NCBI GenBank assembly: GCA_048939245.1
Contig: JBHLPR010000064.1
Coordinates: 1-12,769 of the forward strand
Source: Promethearchaeota archaeon
GTDB lineage: Archaea; Asgardarchaeota; Hermodarchaeia; Hermodarchaeales; Hermodarchaeaceae
DNA: 12,769 bases
Direction of reading: 5' to 3'
The position numbers were made by a program, and so were the translations under genes. Of the stretch, positions 6,640 through 12,769 are shown piece after piece. How positions within the stretch are numbered: the stretch's first letter is position 1; each line of letters starts with the position of its first letter. The notes beneath the pieces are model-generated. The model searched no databases. It saw only the letters and a program-made list of their open reading frames with translations, and had not been told where the DNA came from.

Positions 6640-7293
6640 TTGTCTGAATCGGCCGGAATAATTGCAGGTGTTCGTCCAACACGGATGGAATTGCTAACCC
6701 TCAAAGAGCGGCGTGAACTTGCCGCTCGTGGCTATGAACTACTCCGTGAAAAGCAAGACGCCTTAGTTCGTGAATTCTTTACGATTCTATCGGAAGCAAA
6801 AAAACATCGAGAGGATATGGAAACCACCCTCAAAGTAGCATTTACTTCCTTAATGAATGCGAAATTAGTTGAGGGAGGGGCAAAACTTGAGGAATTGGCG
6901 TTGGGAGCTAAAAGCCCTCTAGATTTTGAGGTAGAAACACGAAATACCATGGGAGTGTCAGTTCCGATTTTTAGAATCACTGAACAAGAAGAAGTTGTGC
7001 AGTTGCACTATAGTCTTGCTGGAACATCGGCTACTGTTGATAAAGCCGCACAAAAAGTTAGATTAGCCCTTGACAAAGTTGTTCGATTGGCTGAAATTGA
7101 GGCAACAGTGAAGAGACTAGCAGCTGAGATTGAAAAGACCAAACGACGAGTGAATGCACTTAACTACGTCGTTCTTCCTCGGATTAATAATACAATCCGA
7201 TATATCGAGCTCATGCTAGAAGAACAGGAAAGAGAAGATCTCTTCCGAATGAAACGCGTAAAAGCAATGTTAGAGCGAAAGGAAGAGAAATAA
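6640..7293 (+). CDS. atpD: A/V-type ATP synthase subunit D
   Basis: 217 aa. N-terminal VRPTRMELLTLKERRELAARGYELLREKQDALVREF and C-terminal KRRVNALNYVVLPRINNTIRYIELMLEEQEREDLFRMKRVK are the hallmark coiled-coil ends of subunit D. TTG start. Confidence 0.85.
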   Translation: MSESAGIIAGVRPTRMELLTLKERRELAARGYELLREKQDALVREFFTILSEAKKHREDMETTLKVAFTSLMNAKLVEGGAKLEELALGAKSPLDFEVETRNTMGVSVPIFRITEQEEVVQLHYSLAGTSATVDKAAQKVRLALDKVVRLAEIEATVKRLAAEIEKTKRRVNALNYVVLPRINNTIRYIELMLEEQEREDLFRMKRVKAMLERKEEK

Positions 7294-7299
7294 CGCAAA

Positions 7300-7692
7300 C
7301 TATTTTTCTGTCAACACTATTATGGCTTTAGCCAGATTGCCGTCAGCACTGCGTAAAGCCTCGCGTGCCTCGTCTTCTGATACATTGGCTTGGCTAGCAA
7401 CCAGTTGGACATCTTCATCAGTGAATGTTTGAACAGGTGTAGGAGCAGAGACTTCTTCAGATTCTGTTGATACCGTAAGACCTCTTTCCTCAGACTTACC
7501 CACTACTTGGTAGATATCGTCTCCTTGCGCCTGCATCACTAATACTTGGGCTTGAGGGATAACTAATTCCTTATCTGGAAATCGAATGAGAACTTCAGTT
7601 ACGTCTTCAAGTTGTTGGAAGTCAACGCCCATTCGACGCATTTGACGCTCCATTGACCGTTTTTTTGATTTTACCTTTTTTACCTTCACCAA
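7300..7692 (-). CDS. nac: Nascent polypeptide-associated complex protein (archaeal NAC alpha, NAC plus UBA domains)
   Basis: 130 aa. Basic N-terminus, NAC domain (MRRMGVDFQQLEDVTEVLIRFPDKELVIPQAQVLVMQAQGDDIYQV) and C-terminal UBA-like SEDEAREALRSADGNLAKAIIVL. TTG (7692) or GTG (7689) start. Confidence 0.85.
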   Translation of the reverse strand: MVKVKKVKSKKRSMERQMRRMGVDFQQLEDVTEVLIRFPDKELVIPQAQVLVMQAQGDDIYQVVGKSEERGLTVSTESEEVSAPTPVQTFTDEDVQLVASQANVSEDEAREALRSADGNLAKAIIVLTEK

Positions 7693-7735
7693 GATATATC
7701 CCTCTTAACAGAATCGGATAATCGGCTGAATCAAT

Positions 7736-8083
7736 TTAGGTTTTCCGCTTTTTTATTGCATGTCGGACTTTTACTGCAACTCCACGTGTAAGGTCTAGCA
7801 TCTCTTGGGGACTAAGATTGGCTTTTCCCACAGCTAGAAGAGTGTCTTTGTTATCGACCACTAAAACCTCATCACCCGCACGGAGGTCAGAATCGACCAA
7901 ACTAACATGTTTTGCAAAAACACTACGTCCCTTCGCGATAAAATGTCCCACATCCTTTTGAATCATTACTCTACGTTTGGGATAGGGAAGCGATTGGTGC
8001 AAGCGTTGTCCCCCTGCAATTGTTAGAACAATCATTCCATCATGCGCGCGAATAGTTGCAAGAATTATTGAGTTTAATTTCAC
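7736..8083 (-). CDS. Stand-alone pre-PUA/PUA domain RNA-binding protein (ArcTGT C-terminal-like); true N-terminus probably upstream of the listed GTG
   Basis: The C-terminal part (FAKHVSLVDSDLRAGDEVLVVDNKDTLLAVGKANLSPQEMLDLTRGVAVKVRH) is a typical PUA domain. The same frame stays open upstream to 8233 and encodes RRATSQINEKLYRLRGIANYQFNAPIGHLLFPDKCTVEVSKSSGRIRRV, the conserved pre-PUA segment (RxIADYQFG...SxxTGRIR motif from memory), but without an in-frame ATG/GTG/TTG. See the finding at 8084-8245. Confidence 0.8.
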   Translation of the reverse strand: MKLNSIILATIRAHDGMIVLTIAGGQRLHQSLPYPKRRVMIQKDVGHFIAKGRSVFAKHVSLVDSDLRAGDEVLVVDNKDTLLAVGKANLSPQEMLDLTRGVAVKVRHAIKKRKT

Positions 8084-8245
8084 CCGGCGAATTCGCCCAG
8101 AACTTTTTGAAACCTCAACTGTACACTTATCAGGAAATAGGAGATGACCTATCGGTGCATTGAATTGGTAGTTAGCAATCCCTCTTAGTCGGTATAACTT
8201 TTCATTGATTTGCGATGTCGCTCGCCTCGTCTTTTAAACAACGAC

Positions 8246-9460
8246 CTATCCATAAATGTCTGTTGTGTCGCCTCGATCACTAATGGAGCCTAAGACCTTA
8301 GTAATGGCTTTGTCAAAATCATCTTTGCAAACAACATCACGAAGTTCGCGAATTGCAAACATTCCAGCTTCGGTGCAGATGGCTTTCAAATCCGCTCCTG
8401 AGGCACCAGGAGTTTTGGTTGCGAGCATACCAATGTCTACATCAGAGCTAATATTCATGTTTCGCATGTGAATCCGAAGAATTTGGATACGTGCGTTTTT
8501 ATCAGGAAACGGAAACTGGATAATGCGATCAAAGCGTCCTGGTCGAGTAAGGGCGCTATCAAGAATATCAGGACGATTTGTAGCAGCAAGTATTCTCACA
8601 TCTCCTCGTGGATCGAAGCCGTCTAGCATACTTAGAAGTTGCATGAGAGTTCTTTGAACTTCCCGATCTCCGCTTGTGGCAATATCAAGACGTCGACTGG
8701 CGACAGCGTCTAATTCATCGATAAACACGATGCTTGGTGCTCGTTTACGAGCCATGTAGAAAATCTCTCTTACAATTCTTGCTCCTTCACCAATGAATTT
8801 CTGTACAAGTTCAGAGCCAATAACTCGGATAAACGTAGCTTTCGTTTCATGCGCAACGGCTCGTGCCAATAGTGTTTTCCCGGTCCCCGGAGGACCGCAA
8901 AGAAGAACGCCCTTTGGTGGTTCAATACCCACTTTTTCAAAGAGCTCCGGGTGAAGGAGTGGAAGCTCAACGGTTTCACGAATTTCTGCGATTTGTTCTT
9001 CTAGGCCACCAATATCAGCATAAGTAACATCAGGGCTTTCTTCAACATTCATGGCTTGGACAAAAGGATCAATGGAAATTGGTAAGACATCAACAACTGC
9101 AAGAGTTCGTTGGTTCAACGCCACCTTAGCCCCTGATTCAAGTTGACTACCAATTACTGATTCAGGATAATTAACAACAAACTGGGGACCTGTGCTGCTC
9201 TTCACAATTACTCTCCCATCGTCAAGAACGTCGATTACCGTAGCAGACACTAAAGGAGGTTGCCGTAATTTATTGAGTTCAGCTTGAAGAATTCTAACTT
9301 CGTTCTCCAGCCGAGTACGTTCAGCGATAATTTGATCTCTTTCAACTTCGAGTTCTCGAACCCGTTGCTCAAGCAACAGTGTACGCTCAGCTAAACTCAT
9401 GTAATCATCGGTAGAGACTGTTTTTTTACGGAGATCTGTTGAATCAGTCATTGCAAGCAT
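8246..9460 (-). CDS. pan: Proteasome-activating nucleotidase (AAA+ ATPase, Rpt homologue)
   Basis: 404 aa. N-terminal coiled coil ([40 protein letters not shown]), OB region, Walker A GPPGTGKT, Walker B IVFIDELD, and a second region of homology with [20 protein letters not shown]. The C-terminus ends in IYG, resembling the HbYX-type tail. Confidence 0.92.
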   Translation of the reverse strand: MLAMTDSTDLRKKTVSTDDYMSLAERTLLLEQRVRELEVERDQIIAERTRLENEVRILQAELNKLRQPPLVSATVIDVLDDGRVIVKSSTGPQFVVNYPESVIGSQLESGAKVALNQRTLAVVDVLPISIDPFVQAMNVEESPDVTYADIGGLEEQIAEIRETVELPLLHPELFEKVGIEPPKGVLLCGPPGTGKTLLARAVAHETKATFIRVIGSELVQKFIGEGARIVREIFYMARKRAPSIVFIDELDAVASRRLDIATSGDREVQRTLMQLLSMLDGFDPRGDVRILAATNRPDILDSALTRPGRFDRIIQFPFPDKNARIQILRIHMRNMNISSDVDIGMLATKTPGASGADLKAICTEAGMFAIRELRDVVCKDDFDKAITKVLGSISDRGDTTDIYG

Positions 9461-9591
9461 CCTGAGTTAAACGCGCTAAAAGCTTTTTTTATTACTCCAC
9501 CGAAACTTGTAAACCTTCTGAGATAAAGTTAGAATAAAACACTTTTTTAGATAATGGCGGGTAAAAGATAGATTGGTGGCGAATACAAAAA

Positions 9592-10110
9592 ATGCCAACT
9601 TGTGAAATTTGTGGTCGAGAATGTAAGTCCACCAAAGAAATTGCACTCGAAGGTGCACACCTCTATGCTTGTAGCCGCTGTGCAGAATTAGGTAAGCCAG
9701 TACCCCGCAGTAAGAAAGCAGGTCCCCCGTCTCCAACAAGAAGCCTCCCAGTCTCCAGACCTCGCGCCTTCTCATCAACTGGGCGGAGGCGAGGCCCATC
9801 TCGATCTCAACCTCGTGAATTGGTGCCCGTCGAGGATTTTACAAAATTAATACGAAAAGCACGAGAACAGAAAGGCTGGGCACAAAAGGACGTAGCTAAC
9901 CAGCTTCATGAAAGAACGTCAGTGATAACTAAAGTCGAAAGTGGTAAGATGCCCCCTACGATTAAATTAGCTCGAAAATTGGAGCGGTTATTTAAAATCA
10001 CCCTACTTGAGGAAGCAGAATCGATTGATCTTTCACCGGTTCCTTCACATAGTTCAGCGACATTAGGAGATGTAGTTCAGATTAAACGAAAGAAGCCGTC
10101 CTCTCAATAG
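9592..10110 (+). CDS. mbf1: Archaeal multiprotein-bridging factor 1 (Zn-ribbon plus XRE-type HTH)
   Basis: N-terminal CEICG...CSRC zinc ribbon and C-terminal HTH (IRKAREQKGWAQKDVANQLHERTSVITKVESGKMPPTIKLARKLERLF). A Pro/Ser/Arg-rich linker separates the two. Confidence 0.8.
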   Translation: MPTCEICGRECKSTKEIALEGAHLYACSRCAELGKPVPRSKKAGPPSPTRSLPVSRPRAFSSTGRRRGPSRSQPRELVPVEDFTKLIRKAREQKGWAQKDVANQLHERTSVITKVESGKMPPTIKLARKLERLFKITLLEEAESIDLSPVPSHSSATLGDVVQIKRKKPSSQ

Positions 10111-10154
10111 ATTGTATCAGCCATATCATTGAAGTTGATAGGTAGGAGATTCAG

Positions 10155-10703
10155 ATGAATCCAGCAGAACAAAAAATCATTGTCTTGAAGCTGGATCATC
10201 GTCCCGAACGTGATAAACGCCTTACAACTCATGTAGGTTTAACTGCCCGGGCATTTGGGGCAACAGAGTATTGGATATCGGGGTTAAAGGATCCTAAAAT
10301 TTCAGAAACTATAGAGCAGGTATCAATTCAGTGGGGAAACCAAGGTTTCACAGTGATAACCGGCATAAAATGGCGGAACCGTATTCAGCAATGGAAAGAA
10401 GAAGGAGGAGATGTCATTCACCTTACCATGTACGGAATTCATGTGGATGATGTTATATCTTCGATTCGCAGCTCAGATCGTTCAAAGCTAATTATTGTCG
10501 GAGGACCTAAGGTACCCATTGAGGTCTTTCAGCTAGCAGATTATAATGTAGCAATTGGTCATCAGCCACATAGTGAAGTGGCAGCACTTTCTCTTTTCTT
10601 GGATCGACTCTTTGAAGGGCGAATGCTCCATCGAAAATTCTCTGATGCGACTCTTGAAATTGAACCAACGGCTCACGGTAAGCGGGTCAAAGAAACAGAT
10701 TAG
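10155..10703 (+). CDS. trm56: tRNA (cytidine56-2'-O)-methyltransferase aTrm56 (SPOUT family)
   Basis: 182 aa. [28 protein letters not shown] matches the remembered aTrm56 N-terminus ([26 protein letters not shown]). The later ...IIVGGPKVP... and ...[23 protein letters not shown] segments fit the SPOUT knot region. Confidence 0.85.
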   Translation: [182 protein letters not shown]

Positions 10704-10775
10704 AAATACCAGCGATTTAATTCTTGAATTTTCGTTGTTAAACAAAAAGGTCTTTATCCAATGCAAGACTAGATA

Positions 10776-11297
10776 ATGTGTAAATCTATGTCTGGACGTG
10801 AGATGCTAATTAAGCAGGTTGTCATTGAATTCGCCGGCGAAGACGCGTTTGAAGTAGTTACACGTTTGAAAGAGGATGAAGAAACCACCGATGAGGAAAT
10901 TGCTAACGAAACAGGTATGCGCCTCAATGCGGTTCGAAAAATCCTCTACAAGCTCTATGACCTTCATCTAGCCTCATATCGTCGTACCCGCGATAAACAA
11001 ACCGGATGGTTTGTCTACTATTGGATATTAGAACCGGAACGCATTCATGGCCTTCTCCGTGACAAAAAGACCAAGGTGCTTGAAAAACTAAAGCAACGAC
11101 TACATTATGAAACAGAAAACACCTTCTACCATTGTAGTAATAATGGATGTCCACGCCATACCTTCGAGGAAGCCATGACCAACGCCTTCAAATGCCCTCT
11201 GTGTAATAACCAACTTGTTCATGTTGACAACATACAAATTATTAACTTGCTTAAAAAACAAATTACGGTCCTTGAGCAGGAAATTGAACATAACTAA
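10776..11297 (+). CDS. tfe: Transcription factor E (TFE-alpha, TFIIE-alpha homologue)
   Basis: Winged-helix part (DEEIANETGMRLNAVRKILYKLYDLHLASYRRTRDKQTGWFVYYWILEPERI) followed by a Zn-ribbon (YHCSNNGCPRHTFEEAMTNAFKCPLCNNQL). The start may be ATG 10776 or ATG 10788. Confidence 0.85.
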   Translation: MCKSMSGREMLIKQVVIEFAGEDAFEVVTRLKEDEETTDEEIANETGMRLNAVRKILYKLYDLHLASYRRTRDKQTGWFVYYWILEPERIHGLLRDKKTKVLEKLKQRLHYETENTFYHCSNNGCPRHTFEEAMTNAFKCPLCNNQLVHVDNIQIINLLKKQITVLEQEIEHN

Positions 11298-11330
11298 ATT
11301 TTCTAAGCTAAAGGTTGGATTCAAGAAGCC

Positions 11331-11338
11331 TTTTTTAG
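11331..11338 (+). promoter_or_regulatory. TATA-like box upstream of tRNA-Val
   Basis: TTTTTTAG is centred ~32 nt upstream of the mature tRNA 5' end and resembles the box upstream of the SRP RNA (TTTTATAG). Inference only. Confidence 0.35.
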
Positions 11339-11366
11339 GGAGAGATTGAACATCTCACGAATGATT

Positions 11367-11477
11367 GGGCCGATGGTCTAGCTATCTTCAAGAGGATTGA
11401 CACCTCTAAGACTAGAAGGCTATGATATCGCGCTTACACCGCGATGGTCGGGGGTTCGAGTCCCTCTCGGCCCACCA
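11367..11477 (+). tRNA. tRNA-Val (anticodon TAC) with a 34-nt intron in the D-loop; CCA genomically encoded
   Basis: Acceptor GGGCCGA / TCGGCCC, discriminator A, then CCA (11475-11477). Anticodon arm TCGCG-CTTACAC-CGCGA (11428-11444). Variable loop TGGTC. T arm GGGGG-TTCGAGT-CCCTC. D arm GTCT-AGCT|GGCTA-TGAT is formed only after removing 11384-11417. The mature length is 74 nt plus CCA. Confidence 0.9.
11384..11417 (+). other. Canonical hBHBh' intron of tRNA-Val at a non-canonical position (D-loop, about 17/18)
   Basis: Outer helix 11373-11377 with 11419-11423 (5 bp, two G.U). Central helix 11378-11381 CTAG with 11412-11415 CTAG (4 bp). 3-nt bulges at 11382-11384 CTA and 11416-11418 AAG. Inner helix 11385-11388 TCTT with 11408-11411 AAGA, then 11391-11395 AGAGG with 11403-11407 CCTCT and a 7-nt loop. 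Cleavage after the 2nd bulge nucleotide leaves the D-loop AGCT|GGCTA with the conserved GG. Confidence 0.8.
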
Positions 11478-11546
11478 AAGCTTTTATTCCTATAGGAGGT
11501 TCCCTCTCTTCTTTTAAAACCGCCCTATTATTTGAGGTAGAAGAAT

Positions 11547-11789
11547 ATGAAACAATGGTTTGCCCGATTCGTGTTGGTTGCAGGTCTATATGATCTCTTT
11601 TTAGCCATGATTTTTCTCTTTGCATCACCACTTGTCTCAGTCTTTCTTCAGTATCCACTTTCAATTCTCTCTGGAGCACTTCTTCAGATTATGGGAGTAT
11701 TTTTGTTGGCTTTGGGGTTCGCATTAAGTATTGCATCGAGAAATCTCGAACACTACCTCATTATTCCAATTGCGAACACCCCAGCGTGA
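11547..11789 (+). CDS. Small multi-pass membrane protein; ORF continues in frame past TGA 11787-11789 to TAA 11952-11954
   Basis: ATG preceded by GAGGT. 80 aa with two clear TM segments, ending inside a third hydrophobic stretch (LIIPIANTPA*LIALVIMMYYVV). The downstream in-frame 54 codons are equally hydrophobic. This may be a disrupted gene or a read-through gene. Confidence 0.5.
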   Translation: MKQWFARFVLVAGLYDLFLAMIFLFASPLVSVFLQYPLSILSGALLQIMGVFLLALGFALSIASRNLEHYLIIPIANTPA

Positions 11790-11955
11790 TTAATTGCTTT
11801 GGTAATAATGATGTATTATGTGGTATTGGGACTGCCGTTTGCACTTCTGATATTAGGAATCATAGACCGGGTAATTGGGATTGTTTTTATCATCTTCATC
11901 GTTGCTTTTCCTGAGTATCAGTTTCTTTCGGTGTTCAAGCAGGTGGCATCATAAC

Positions 11956-11967
11956 TTTATTAAATAT
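11956..11967 (+). promoter_or_regulatory. TATA box candidate for tRNA-Ser
   Basis: TTTATTAAATAT is centred ~34 nt upstream of the mature tRNA-Ser 5' end. Inference only. Confidence 0.4.
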
Positions 11968-11994
11968 GGCGAGTTACACAAGCAAACACTTCAT

Positions 11995-12080
11995 GCCGAG
12001 GTATCCTAGCCTGGTAGGGAGCAGGCCTGCTAAGTCTGTGTCCATTGGACTCACGAGTTCAAATCTCGTCCTCGGCGCCA
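11995..12080 (+). tRNA. tRNA-Ser (anticodon GCT), class II with long variable arm; CCA encoded
   Basis: Acceptor GCCGAGG / CCTCGGC, discriminator G, then CCA. D arm TCCT-AGCCTGGTA-GGGA. Anticodon arm CAGGC-CTGCTAA-GTCTG. 14-nt variable arm TGTCCATTGGACTC. T arm ACGAG-TTCAAAT-CTCGT. No intron. Confidence 0.92.
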
Positions 12081-12113
12081 TTCCTTCCCTAATTTCAATC
12101 GCCTCCTTTAGAG

Positions 12114-12617
12114 TTGGATAAAATGCCGTTTACTCCCTTTCATCTGGGTCCAGGTCTACTGATTGGATTGATTTTATTTCCTTACCTATTCCTACCAAGC
12201 ATTCTTTTGGGGAGTATTATTGTTGACCTTGAACCGCTAGGGTTTCTTCTTCTCGGTTTGCCTGTTTTGCACCTATTCTTTCATACTTTCTTAGGAGCAA
12301 CAATCGTAGCCCTTATTATGTCGATGGTTCTCTTCTTTTTAAGAGGAGTCTTCGAGAAATTAATGGCGCTCTTCTTACTTCCTCAAATAAGCTCCCCACT
12401 GAACGTGGCTATAGCAGCCCTAATTGGCGCCTATTCGCACATAATATTAGATGCCTTCTTGTATCCGGAGATGCAACCCTTTTGGCCATTATTAGGAAAT
12501 CCCTTCCTGGGTCTTGTATCTTCCTCAACAATATACCTCTTCTGTGTTTTGTGCTTCATTATTGCAATTCCAATCTATCTTCTCCAGATTTGGCGAATAA
12601 AACGGCGTACTAAGTAA
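12114..12617 (+). CDS. Integral membrane protein, DUF4184 / YdjM-like putative metal-dependent hydrolase
   Basis: Very hydrophobic ~165-aa ORF. The MPFTPFHLGPG N-terminus (ATG 12123 is a more likely start than TTG 12114) and a later HIILDAFLYPE His/Asp motif recall the DUF4184 family. The family call is from memory. Confidence 0.6.
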   Translation: MDKMPFTPFHLGPGLLIGLILFPYLFLPSILLGSIIVDLEPLGFLLLGLPVLHLFFHTFLGATIVALIMSMVLFFLRGVFEKLMALFLLPQISSPLNVAIAALIGAYSHIILDAFLYPEMQPFWPLLGNPFLGLVSSSTIYLFCVLCFIIAIPIYLLQIWRIKRRTK

Positions 12618-12620
12618 ACG

Positions 12621-12628
12621 TTTTATAG
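12621..12628 (+). promoter_or_regulatory. TATA box candidate for SRP RNA
   Basis: TTTTATAG is centred ~26 nt upstream of GGACGGTGAGCC (12651), the proposed SRP RNA 5' end. Confidence 0.45.
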
Positions 12629-12650
12629 CATGGTATTATGTGAGCTGATT

Positions 12651-12769
12651 GGACGGTGAGCCTAGGCGGGGGGCTAGAAGCCCCGCAGCACTGCTACGGG
12701 CTGGCTAAGGCTCCCCTGTACCGCAGATGCTCTATACGGCGGGCTGAATGCCGACGCTAGGCTTTCTGA
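12651..12769 (+). ncRNA. Signal recognition particle RNA (7S RNA), 5' Alu-domain portion, truncated by window end
   Basis: Strongly G+C-rich and non-coding. Helix-2-like closure 12659-12665 AGCCTAG with 12757-12763 CTAGGCT (7 bp) encloses a hairpin (12666-12671 GCGGGG with 12681-12686 CCCCGC) and a second long arm. The CCCCTGTACCGC segment (12711-12722) matches the conserved CCUGUAAC-type turn motif of SRP Alu domains as I remember it from archaeal 7S RNAs. The 5' end is approximate. Confidence 0.75.

Noticed and set aside
9476-9799. 107-aa minus-strand ORF across the pan/mbf1 divergent promoter region
   Set aside because: It overlaps the mbf1 start and the A/T-rich intergenic promoter region, has odd composition (W/H/F/L-rich), and matches no family. 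It is judged spurious.
10533-10776. ORFs 10533-10766 (-) and 10555-10776 (+) at the trm56/tfe junction
   Set aside because: They overlap the well-supported trm56 3' end and the A/T-rich spacer. No motifs are present, and the space is more likely to hold the tfe promoter (CTTTATCC near 10752).
11434-11679. 81-aa minus-strand ORF
   Set aside because: It overlaps the 3' half of tRNA-Val and lies antisense to the membrane-protein gene, so it is a chance ORF.
11787-11789. TGA as selenocysteine or genome-wide reassigned codon
   Set aside because: TGA terminates two other ORFs in this window at sensible ends (1329-1331 and 6628-6630). The short 3' region runs straight into the tRNA-Ser promoter with no obvious SECIS-like hairpin, and a Sec residue in a TM helix is implausible.
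1-12769. CRISPR arrays, transposases, integrases, toxin-antitoxin or other defence modules
   Set aside because: No spaced direct-repeat array, no terminal inverted repeats flanking an ORF, and no defence-type domain were recognised in any ORF. The only repeats are the short ones reported upstream of and within dnaG.

Overview
Archaeal chromosomal housekeeping segment. Support: TATA-type promoters, bulge-helix-bulge (BHB) introns, and genes for PAN, NAC, TFE, aMBF1, aTrm56, archaeal DnaG and A/V-ATPase subunit D. The TyrRS carries the HIGW variant of the HIGH motif, which I recall from crenarchaeal (TACK-type) enzymes, so a TACK/Asgard-like lineage is inferred only. Left to right: 5S rRNA at the left edge; DUF1512-like membrane-anchored protein; archaeal PPAT; a ~290-nt G+C-rich non-coding island with a long-range closing helix (structured RNA, possibly RNase P RNA); Trm5/Taw2-family enzyme; TyrRS (-); small Toprim-only protein; DnaG, whose reading frame is broken by a 28-nt insert; small membrane protein; a lone ATPase subunit D; a minus-strand PAN-PUA-NAC string; aMBF1; aTrm56; TFE-alpha; tRNA-Val(TAC) with a 34-nt BHB intron in the D-loop; a small multi-pass membrane ORF with an in-frame TGA; tRNA-Ser(GCT); DUF4184-like membrane protein; and the 5' (Alu-domain) part of SRP RNA at the right edge. 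I found no CRISPR array, transposase, integrase or recognisable defence gene. The best lead is the dnaG insert (5068-5095). It folds into a relaxed BHB motif, and the standard BHB cleavage rule removes exactly the 28 nt needed to restore the conserved [17 protein letters not shown] junction. That makes it a candidate endonuclease-spliced intron in a protein-coding mRNA, which to my knowledge is documented in archaea essentially only for cbf5. Everything here is hand analysis without searches. Family assignments rest on remembered motifs.
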